Assembly (NCBI GenBank): GCA_044892505.1
Contig: CM097883.1
Span: 201,438,001-201,502,000 of the forward strand
Length of the DNA: 64,000 bases
DNA from: Schmidtea nova
Lineage: Eukaryota
Direction: 5' to 3'
Shown: in pieces, positions 57,801-62,563 of the stretch
Layout: each line of letters opens with the position of its first letter
Numbering within the stretch: position 1 is the stretch's first letter
The notes under the pieces: generated by a model
Database searches by the model: none
What the model saw: the letters and a program-made list of their open reading frames with translations, nothing else
What the model was told of the DNA's origin: nothing
Position numbers and translations under genes: made by a program

Positions 57801-58535
57801 ACAACGTTGATAATATGGAAGATCCATAAAAAAGTCCTAGAAATCTGTTGGACATTAATGCCAAACAGTATGGGAAAGTCCCCACGAAACTGTCAAAAGA
57901 CATCAAATAATAAAGGAGAAATAATCGAGGTAGAAATGAGGAAGTTGAAAACAAACGCAGAATACGAAGTATGTGCAATCGAAGAAGTGGACGCACAAGG
58001 AAATCCACAGGAAAGGTGCGACACCTATTACACGCCAAAGAACATAACAACCAAAAGGAGAATCAGAAAGTTAGAATTCAGAGAATTGAGCCTAAAAAGA
58101 GAACAAACAGAGACGGAAGAAGCAACATCTAGTCAACAAGAAAGATGGGAACCAGAGAAAGTGATCGAAGAAGTCAGACGGAGACAACAACAATATGAAC
58201 AATGGGAAGCAGAATGGAAAGGTCAATATGGCGTGATGATAAACCAAAGTGAAACTCCAAAAAGGAGCATTGGAAAAACAATAATGGGATTAATCAGTAT
58301 GGGAGTATTCATAGGGTGTATACCGCTGATAACGATCATGATAGTATGTTGGAGATATGGCATGAGAAATAAGACCATAGCAGTAAAATGGCCGGACGTA
58401 AAGGTCACGAATTACAACATAAAACTACCAAAAGCAGTACGAGAAGAGCTGAAAAGACGATCAAAACACGAAGAGATGTGGGTACAGATCGAAGACGAGG
58501 AACTGTACGAAGGAAAACCAGTGATAGTTGTATAG
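45831..58535 (+). CDS. pol: 4234-aa polyprotein: Ubl-like / Bcl-2-like / Env / PR / RT / RNase H / IN / ankyrin / FN3-like + TM
   Basis: Single uninterrupted frame (open from 45804; listed start is TTG) containing all the domains listed below. Confidence 0.95.
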   Translation: MKEPLNEYVVQIWINECSPRIWIRNPMTDGIYRWVEDRLGSSYKDKFIYSENGLVRKGTHMIDTGIWPGEITTLSICNTKKEENLQGIVKEANMCYEMRIKPQLIETKERILAENLNTMIEQIIQQIKKHRKELTKSEYENLKQCIETIRDTSQTRHSNFKTDKLIAKMGKEMFKRGEVSDLKITVRLPNEETRQIEVIPDSKVGEIVDVINETILQREREDELEDDIAIKYKEHLLNERDERRAYKIGIWDNYQTIHVIRMDDVQRATPRDEERKKKRQEDVMRKLRQIVEIYRKWQMKPEWETILGELDLNRRRLTPVEKQWDNKEKCWKVKRGVYEEDPEGEDRYETNTKRICMVTRRLLPTDLDEPETAVIWAELEKQKTNELIELLRGNTRRKRQTIKGLAQFIITNGEDMTNLRKAAKAIAEYKRVNEWCPEQLDDVIKKWRNKEFAEETPQKIHLRIMYPNQRKEEFWVMLTEKVKSVKEKLMYELPFHLQHQGRSLDNSLEIWLTPVQLDLMNTLTVAQIVGQPLKFKEEKKAKGSMSTPSPMKSTMTTGTSSGQARTTPIKTRERTPPEAYDVDEILTDSDEAIEELTKLTQKPTANIFDRIIEMPITSPAEIDDQGVEQEVVIEMVNDSEEEQEQPQFTQEMERWLEQRANEGRDVTEETGRATRFVETGTGMEKRPRGRPKIDPTTAIPKTREERRQEQWETCLKKLDKIAEIRGKEENQVCQGEEWLTKTIMDVLAIIDPELRNLWRINEPSTKAKMLHNAIAPIMPELIKAKTKSNHLDWQGTTMLIKRLLNGAETDTKYLVAISYTIYNLLTLSRGSPKSSPMGRHIKNTAMIIEKEIEPYILRKGGWEKFIKENQAKEGSNVMRKKLEGVLREMENRQTMQGNGRSTLNLNSIIMMMLVWLLSTEGVTTFEVFDCDQMKLGEKYSLRGTEQCKDATPVELKEIKKEQWYHVYQEAELIKTMVNECKVQKTRFAFYCGRGHYSAIVMPGTEREPIVLQGEDCEALFKHGEVTTRDKIKIRGKPGMMLQQTYYVAGRITGGEGYCQGETYPIFGVPATNLVVMDTYIVELKSYEAFFEPTTGEMKTLSMSKIDRSMCQTGMSTLVYKPKVNECQLQLLQGAKFDEIQGKTFQEEDDDDKARAKHLKEALENKRQLKPDHREKRIEMRTTPTVLITTNQDVGMRFIKGKATLKCSTTVYETNYPGIYVSKQEVPNTKPKIDTMDIKLHLYVNNKMDFLFHRGQASLQKVYYDLINNDCILNREILKTKLAVAITNPDSAMPLLPLREGHFGRVVGEAMYVYICEKTHASLAATTQLKPGQCTNELEIDYKGKVRYVQPVTRIINPPGFEPNPFNCSNAYGPLYQKPDGKWVMFPGRTEVLAPREFELMQLSKDRQFSDVDVSNNGIYSPKDLEAARQNILFPARREALLSNIVTITGGTNYREGPNYELLLSPAHFKKATENMMKAMWGRFLIFGQMMAGILGVILIIQIVRVIITQMLACFDIYKREKKVNWKMVVGFLPFLAKTMVLHGHSKDIHRIKRLLKILAKMRGTNEDVGRKFKKIIQDEQARRQLKKERKGLWERVRGYRTQDDSSNDDDDDDDRGGQANINQIPQYNEKSAVENWRYSAPPQSMYNEPIYKAKPNMMQMMPMTSIYPIIPEDCKVKRGRSVDSLEDTHTIAVMSTNMGPILTTTVEINGREIEAMIDTGANISAIDINYIPEKNQGEIEKTNVHVIACSQETVEVAGRWFVKIKHRGAEINTYIAVIPSLSVPCIIGTDLMPDLFKEIVIDLGAMKLKDRTGKICRMKVKVASTEQIVVPARHEMMCYVKIDSTIKGDMIFEPSKKFEAKKELPMARELVTINQEGEIPINLVNFDEEDKIIYENENLGKLTPMSEIEIPDKNEKGKGELPWKIDSMLLDEQQKEQLQKLLMEYQDIFAASDLDLGTCDVTLHTIPLTDETPIALRPYKLAEAQKAVAEEEVQKMLDAEVIEPSCSPWQFPVVMVKKKDGTQRFCIDYRRLNAVTKRDTYPLPDINEMLLTLQGAAYFTSLDLKSGYWQIKMKDEDKEKTAFTIGRDLYQFKKMPFGLTNAPPSFQRCMNFVTHGIKQCMVYIDDLLIYSATFEDHLQDIRNVFVKLRQWKLKLKPSKCDWAKEKVTFLGHIVSAKGKEPDPRNIEKVKECPPPKTVTQIQEFLGLCGYYRKFIKDYAGISKPMQELVRQDVSFVWGPEQQAAFETLRDKLITAPILVHPNFKKPFLLATDASGYAAGAVLGQFDEEGKERVIGYYSRTFRKHEKNYSVTEREAYAIILAIKHFKYLLWGHEIYITTDHQPLVWLGQHKESSSRLMRWAMQLQEYSPFIKFKAGKANANADCMSRFTFPELVNLNALKICALIAEDLDFNELRKDQLEEEELGLISKYLKEREIEKFGKNQMLREHMQKYQHRYVMEKGWLLIQDGERRLMCLPANRRKEIMTQYHDGKLGGHMSAKKTIGRLRQKYFWPTMEDDVKEWIKNCLTCATRKNVGTKWKTPLKPMPIPAEPMATIAMDVVGPLPESLKGNQYILVVTDYLTKFPEAFAIPDQKAKTVARILVEEICCRYGTPKKILTDQGTNFMSEILDEVTNYFRIAKLRTSPYHPQTNGQTERFNGTLIRMLSNYVSKHQTDWDEYINLCLMAYRMSIHAATKLSPFQLMYGRDYNLPIDLEYQPPLSQYMEVDDYVTKFKERMQEIWKTAELNIKFYQESYKDLHDQKKNVKAHDLKVGDWVIIETPEIIPGTVKKLQRPGKGPYEITTVNENNVRVRLVNNPLVRPIYVNACRCRKIPKTATLSPEKRVMTRSQTARINMLRVQQKPQTSLEDNRRGATDIKELAKRTREIIPEWKWWFDFNILSEVRKNVMEYAKDRTGHPITRTLLEEIPQTFNLQDKDGNTALHNAIKHSGNEKVKEIVEMILEGGGEIDKVNWEGITPLMMMTIHGRNDEIVKLFGNTRSNWMTKDKEGRTFLNHAIDRANHRILKYITENATWEIDELTRGSIMKQAIGVRNSKTWRILLKWKRPEGDSWVVDCNEVFTRGENALLKHLLEVAYDPKTLAVLIARDTLRVSENPREYKLDDRKKELFGLIKKWCDKQWNPDMSFEHFYDIQKQHKEISKRYKELVEALKYGQFFRQAVYQDQRMKQMQTRIRSKAVLFNAKADYQERLDAIVAKAQEKLSEFKENKNSLEILGAITEKVHRYAQGDYNESDIETIKNQMPVAFLLSKDGKLPIHWALRRRKENEVLEITKAMVKCEADMNTVDDNGDTVMIIAARKKTNFKVLSKFYEAGAKIEGKNGKNNSITDIAIQWNNFEMIKFIKSIKKQDDIEYLANNVKNFSLTVMIHDVEKTRALLTWVNPITKEPVFKINDHMEQNQNWCIRSALLRHKKPEIVEEFLKRRDLKFTNNPKEQERMGRWKDLFRKYVKEWANAKETIKQSGLKDIEPSKDMEIREFESSTLAVQAYERLIEEINVEDDISKGPGGGYRDFDDKSNNEKNNEDNDNKRTEDNGKERQEEPKPTRNDKKGEAEERENSGTKDERTNYGKRTGSLLLRPEMLCIAILITIIGQGEAKKQYVTLEIIRGNEVYEKICWKENMRKNDTLKCILSDLKRDVIQIKGLEKEKSYIICAIKQRGEPKAPQVTACQLYKATEALKIQKWVGKRSEETTRRTEVESEKGKNQSEAEEGIRNRTEKERITKNPAGKLTFQPELICVALILILIKRIMEDIDISVMTLVNIQDQRTTNGRCWGRNNEVMGISETRESREAETNEEIEITEIETDKKCELCLMEKAANGNRPGTSECKVFQAKEIIEFPKRKKQDQEMIANEVVTVEIKNIDRRTIGMCWRKYIGVSTNIIIPQCRTRERGIPFPLNGFEVGQAYEICIIRRIREVIQRSLECKLYKTPEQINGTRTIEMGRSRQRKRKSRRITTTNSQGTQQTTTERTTIENEPESTTLIIWKIHKKVLEICWTLMPNSMGKSPRNCQKTSNNKGEIIEVEMRKLKTNAEYEVCAIEEVDAQGNPQERCDTYYTPKNITTKRRIRKLEFRELSLKREQTETEEATSSQQERWEPEKVIEEVRRRQQQYEQWEAEWKGQYGVMINQSETPKRSIGKTIMGLISMGVFIGCIPLITIMIVCWRYGMRNKTIAVKWPDVKVTNYNIKLPKAVREELKRRSKHEEMWVQIEDEELYEGKPVIVV
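45849..47417 (+). other. Two to three ubiquitin-like domains in polyprotein (45849-46061 weak; 46371-46613; 47202-47417)
   Basis: LKITVRLPNEETRQIEVIPDSKVGEIV..YKIGIWDNYQTIHVI and IHLRIMYPNQRKEEFWVMLTEKVKSVKEKL..HQGRSLDN..TLTV follow the beta-grasp pattern. Confidence 0.6.
47961..48440 (+). other. Bcl-2-like domain in polyprotein
   Basis: BH3-like CLKKLDKIAE, BH1-like LLNGAETDTKYLVAISY (NWGR not conserved), BH2-like EPYILRKGGWEKF (GGW at 48408-48416). Confidence 0.55.
48537..50460 (+). other. env: Envelope glycoprotein, class III fusion type (chuvirus/Monjiviricetes G-like), in frame upstream of protease
   Basis: Signal-like IIMMMLVWLLSTEG; FDC..YSL..C, ECKVQKTRFAFYCG.GH, YETNYPGIY, LHLYVNNKMDFL, DCILNREIL, VGEAMYVYIC, GIYSPKDLEAARQNILFPARREALL; TM 50277-50372. 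Confidence 0.8.
50930..51220 (+). other. Aspartic protease domain
   Basis: VEINGREIEAMIDTGANISAI (DTG at 50982) and CIIGTDLM. Confidence 0.95.
51780..52400 (+). other. Reverse transcriptase domain (Gypsy)
   Basis: SPWQFPVVMVKKKDG..FCIDYRRLN, LDLKSGYWQI, KTAF, MPFGLTNAPPSFQR, YIDD (52197-52208). Confidence 0.97.
52630..52990 (+). other. RNase H domain
   Basis: LATDASGYAAGAVL, NYSVTEREAYAI, TDHQPL, RLMRW, ANANADCMSR. Confidence 0.95.
53289..54320 (+). other. Integrase (HHCC + DDE core + GPY)
   Basis: HDGKLGGH..CLTC, IAMDVVGPLP, LTDQGTNF, YHPQTNGQTERFN, GKGPYEI. Confidence 0.96.
54612..55905 (+). other. Two ankyrin-repeat clusters (54612-54910 and 55614-55905)
   Basis: DKDGNTALHNAI, NWEGITPLMM, DKEGRTFLNHAI; KDGKLPIHWAL, DDNGDTVMIIAA, GKNNSITDIAI. 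Confidence 0.85.
56592..58349 (+). other. Four Cys-containing FN3-like repeats with two signal/TM-like segments and a C-terminal TM helix
   Basis: Repeats share C-W, L/F-x5-Y-x-[IV]-C and terminal C-x2-[YF]; hydrophobic PEMLCIAILITIIGQGEA (56592-56657), PELICVALILILI (about 57054-57110), TM IMGLISMGVFIGCIPLITIMIVC (58281-58349). Confidence 0.6.
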
Positions 58536-58660
58536 AGGGTGGAATATGAGTGTAAATAATAGTGTAAAAAACCAATGCATAACCGTATACGTATGGGTAT
58601 AAATATTATAAAACATAAAAACAGAAAAAAAGAGAATGATGTATATAACCTAGAAAAACA

Positions 58661-59011
58661 ATGAACCAAGAAAATATCGAAACGTCAATGATGACGAGAT
58701 GGAAAGTACAATGTGACCTGCTAGCCAGAACAGTAAATGAATTACAGAGCCAGTTGACGGCCAAAACGCAATTATTAACCGAGAGTTATAACTGTAATTT
58801 CGAAGCGATGAACAAAATCGAGATCCAACAAATGCAGATAAACGAATTACAGAACGAGAACCGAACATTAAATGAAGTGAACAACTGGCAAGCAGAGGAA
58901 ATTGATCGATTAACGAGACATGAAGAGGAGGAGATACCGGATAGTTGGACAAGCTGGATTGTAAATGAGATAGACGTGTATCCAGAGCCAGATTCAACTG
59001 AGGATGTATAG
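58661..59011 (+). CDS. Accessory coiled-coil protein, 116 aa
   Basis: ATG start, heptad pattern, same strand and composition as neighbours. Confidence 0.7.
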   Translation: MNQENIETSMMTRWKVQCDLLARTVNELQSQLTAKTQLLTESYNCNFEAMNKIEIQQMQINELQNENRTLNEVNNWQAEEIDRLTRHEEEEIPDSWTSWIVNEIDVYPEPDSTEDV

Positions 59012-59100
59012 TGAATAAGCGGAAAATTGTGTAAAAACGTGTAAATAAAGAATCAGAAAAATCAAAAATATGGGGAAATTGATGTAAATATTGTTGTAGA

Positions 59101-60513
59101 ATGAGAGCAGAAAGTGAAACAGATTACCAAACAATCGAGATTCTAAGAGGAGAGAACCGACAATGGGGAGTAAATGTGACATGTGTAAAGTGTAAAAATT
59201 TACTGTTAAAACCGAGACAAACGGAATGTGGATGCAGGATGTGCACCAAATGTATACTACAAATAATCAGTGAAAGTGAGACAAGAAAGTGTCCAGAGTG
59301 TGACGATAAACTACTGATCAACGAGACGAAACCAGACAAAGCAATACAAAAGGAGATCTGGAAGATAAAAACCGAATGTATAAACCAACCATGTGAATGG
59401 AAAGGACAAATAATCGAGCTAAGACAACATCTGGAGAAATGTGAAAACAAGAAAGCTATATGTGAAAAGTGTCAGCAGACGATAACCATCAAGCAGTCGA
59501 AAAATCACAAGGATAAGTGCAAAGCAGAGATAATAGAGTGTCAATACTGCGAACAAAGAGAGACGAGAGAAGTAATCGAAACAGAACATCTCAACGTAGT
59601 AGAAGAGAAAGTGTGTGGAAAATTCAGAGGAATTTGTCCAAGTAATTGTGGAGCCGGAGAAGAAGTGATGTTGAGAGAACATTGGGAACAATGCGAATCA
59701 AGACCAAGAAAGTGCGTATGGAGTAAACAAGGATGTGCAGTAAAGAGAACGAGAAAAGAGATGAAAGAGCATTTAGAAACTGAAACGGTACAACACGCAG
59801 AGATGTTAACAGAAAATTTAAACGGAATGGAACAAACCATACAGAAACTGGGAAAAGAAATCGAATCCCAGAGGATAATGACGGAGTTATTACTGGAAAC
59901 GAGAGAGCAATTCGAGCTCACCAGAGAGAAAATGATGGAGAAAATCAAAGTCATAGAGACGCTAGTAAAGGAGGTAAATGTACGACATCAAATATGGGTG
60001 CGAGATGCAGAGGATATCGAGAATTTACCGGTCGCACCATATGTATGGAAAATCAAGAACTTCAACGACAAGTTCACAGCAGCAAAAGCAGGAAGTCAGG
60101 TGTCGGTAACAAGTCCACCATTCTATCTGTGGAAAAACGGATACAAAGTTCGAATGAGAATTTATCCAAATGGAGATGGATCAGGAAAGGAAACGCATGT
60201 GTCATTATTCTTTGCGTTGTGTAAAGGTGGTTACGACGACATATTAGAATGGCCGCTAGAAACAAAGGCTATAATGAGAGTGAAAAACTCGAAAGAAACA
60301 ATAGCGAGAGTATTCAAAATTGATGGTAAGCACGAAGCTTACAAAAGACCAACCACAGAATGTTCATTAGCGACTGGAGAACCAAAATTCATACCACACC
60401 AAACAATGTGGGAAATGTTGTTCGACGACAACCTATACGTAGAATTGGAAATCGAAAAGAAAGCAAGTACAACAGTGATGAACACGAAGTCAACGAAAGG
60501 ATGGTTAGAGTAG
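59101..60513 (+). CDS. Full-length intronless TRAF homologue (RING, TRAF zinc fingers, coiled coil, MATH), 470 aa
   Basis: CVKC..PRQTECGCRMCTKC..CPEC, DKAIQKEI..CINQPCEWKG..HLEKC, YVWKIKNF..SPPFY..GYKVRMRIYPNGDGSGKETHVSLFF..YDDILEWP. Confidence 0.93.
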   Translation: MRAESETDYQTIEILRGENRQWGVNVTCVKCKNLLLKPRQTECGCRMCTKCILQIISESETRKCPECDDKLLINETKPDKAIQKEIWKIKTECINQPCEWKGQIIELRQHLEKCENKKAICEKCQQTITIKQSKNHKDKCKAEIIECQYCEQRETREVIETEHLNVVEEKVCGKFRGICPSNCGAGEEVMLREHWEQCESRPRKCVWSKQGCAVKRTRKEMKEHLETETVQHAEMLTENLNGMEQTIQKLGKEIESQRIMTELLLETREQFELTREKMMEKIKVIETLVKEVNVRHQIWVRDAEDIENLPVAPYVWKIKNFNDKFTAAKAGSQVSVTSPPFYLWKNGYKVRMRIYPNGDGSGKETHVSLFFALCKGGYDDILEWPLETKAIMRVKNSKETIARVFKIDGKHEAYKRPTTECSLATGEPKFIPHQTMWEMLFDDNLYVELEIEKKASTTVMNTKSTKGWLE

Positions 60514-60602
60514 TCAGAATGAACGACCCTGTAAATAAAGTGTAAAAATCGACAACAACAATAAACGTATAGTATAACAAGTGTAAATTTGTCAATTACA
60601 GA

Positions 60603-61763
60603 ATGGAAAACGCAAATGAACCTGTAACCGAAGATGAAACGAGAAGTGAGATGTTGAACGAACAAGAAACAATAGAAAGAGAAATCGAAAGGAGATGTAA
60701 AATGGAAGTGGAACAAAGAACCAGAGAATTACACGAAGTGATGACAAACAATTTCTACGAGAAATTAAAATGTGAGAGACGAATGGAGTTATATCAACTG
60801 GAACTCGAGGAAGTGAATAAAGAGATGATACAACTGACAACACAAATAGAGAAGCTAAAAGGAACGAATGTGCGAAGTCGACAGAAGATAGAAGAGGTCT
60901 ATCAGTTGATGAGGAAACAAGCAGAACATTATAAAAATATGATGAAAACGCGAAGAGAAGAGAGGGAGAAACAAGAGGAAAAGATGGAGGTAAAGATACT
61001 AGCAATCAAAGCTCAAGCGAGACATTGGAAGATGGAGTCGAAACGAGTGTATAAAGAAGCCAAAGAGATAATCAGAAGGACAGCATATAGCGAAGATTGG
61101 AAACTGTATCAAGAAATCGACGAATTGAAAGAAGAATTAGAACAGAGAAAGAGACAAGAACAGACAAACAAAGAATGGAGTCGAAAACGGCAACGATTTA
61201 TTCGAGAGCAAGCAAAGGAACTAAAGAAAACGCAATGGCAAATACAGATGATAAATGGAGAAATGCGAGGCATTAGACAGAAAGAGGAAGCGGAAAGACA
61301 AAAGTTGATCAGGGAAAAAGAAAGTCTGGAAAGAGATGTAAATGGTTACCAAGGTGTGATGACCCAAAAGAAAATGGAACTGAAAGCTGTGAAGGAAAGA
61401 CATGCGGAATCAAACCGAGCGTATGAAGAAAATATAACGAATTTGACGAAAGAAAACGAAGAACTGAAACAACAAATAATAACCCTGAAAGCAGAGAAAG
61501 AAACCATAGAAGTAGAAACCGAACCAACAGAAGTAGAAGCCCTGAAGAGAAAAGTGGAAGAGATGGAAAGACAAATTGAAACTCTGAGCGAACAATCAGA
61601 CTATATGGAGTATCTGTTAGACGAGGAAATACAAACCTCGAGAACGTATCAAAACGAAATTGCAATGTGGAGAAGCAGAGTGGTGTGGTTACCGTTTATA
61701 CCACCGCCACCAATGGAGCTCCAAGACGAAGGGTTCCATGAACCAGAGGAAACGGATGTGTAA
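60603..61763 (+). CDS. Accessory long coiled-coil protein, 386 aa, ends ETDV
   Basis: ATG start, E/K/R/Q-rich heptads throughout. Confidence 0.75.
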   Translation: MENANEPVTEDETRSEMLNEQETIEREIERRCKMEVEQRTRELHEVMTNNFYEKLKCERRMELYQLELEEVNKEMIQLTTQIEKLKGTNVRSRQKIEEVYQLMRKQAEHYKNMMKTRREEREKQEEKMEVKILAIKAQARHWKMESKRVYKEAKEIIRRTAYSEDWKLYQEIDELKEELEQRKRQEQTNKEWSRKRQRFIREQAKELKKTQWQIQMINGEMRGIRQKEEAERQKLIREKESLERDVNGYQGVMTQKKMELKAVKERHAESNRAYEENITNLTKENEELKQQIITLKAEKETIEVETEPTEVEALKRKVEEMERQIETLSEQSDYMEYLLDEEIQTSRTYQNEIAMWRSRVVWLPFIPPPPMELQDEGFHEPEETDV

Positions 61764-61837
61764 AAAGAGGCGAAAAATCCGTGTGTAAAAATGTACAAAT
61801 CGATGTAACAGGTATTAATCAGTAGAAATAATCAGAA

Positions 61838-62361
61838 ATGAACTGGCTCAAAACCCTACCAATCCTAACAATTATGTTAACTGCAACAATCATGAACTGT
61901 TCGACAACCGAAATTCAAAGAACCCTGTCAAATGAGATATCCCAAGAGATTGAAAAACAACTAACGAAGTCAGAGAAGACTTGAAACAATTAATCCGACA
62001 AATGCGAACCAGTCATGATCATCGCAAACCTTTAAAAACCCTATTCAAGCAAATCGAGAAGATCCGAGAAATCCATAGAACATTGCAAGAACACCTAAAG
62101 CCAATCAAAGGTCAAACCCAAATCGAATCCGAAATCCGAAACAGATGGATCATCGTCGGAATAGTCACAATGACAATATTGACAATCATCTTGATCATCG
62201 TGATCACGTATACCCTATATCGAATCAGAAGCCTCAAACAACAACAAATGATAATGTGTAGATGCGCCAAAAGAGAAGCAAAAACCCAACAGAGAATGAG
62301 AAGTCATCTACGACAAATTCAAGCCCGATACGAAATGCAGTCAACCAGTGAAAGGACCTGA
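61838..62361 (+). CDS. Small type I membrane protein split by one frameshift (61838-61984 signal-peptide part; 61954-62361 TM part)
   Basis: MNWLKTLPILTIMLTATIMNCS.. from ATG 61838 stops at 61984; the -1 frame is open from 61954 and holds TM WIIVGIVTMTILTIILIIVITYTLY. Confidence 0.55.
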
Positions 62362-62563
62362 AAATCGACCCCTATGAGCCAGAAACATTGAACTGTGTAA
62401 CAATATAAACATGACAATGACAATGTGTGACTTTGTATAAATGGGTATGAAAGCTACCACCTTATGTGGTTTTGCATGTAAATTCTGTCACGAACTTTCT
62501 ATGAATGTTGATGTAGGTATATGCATGTAATTGCGGGACGCAATTTTAGGGGACCCTGAGTGA

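Noticed and set aside
43107-61665. Numerous antisense ORFs rich in F/L/S/I within the element
   Set aside because: Expected shadow of a T-poor purine-rich sense strand (few antisense stops); no independent coding signal.
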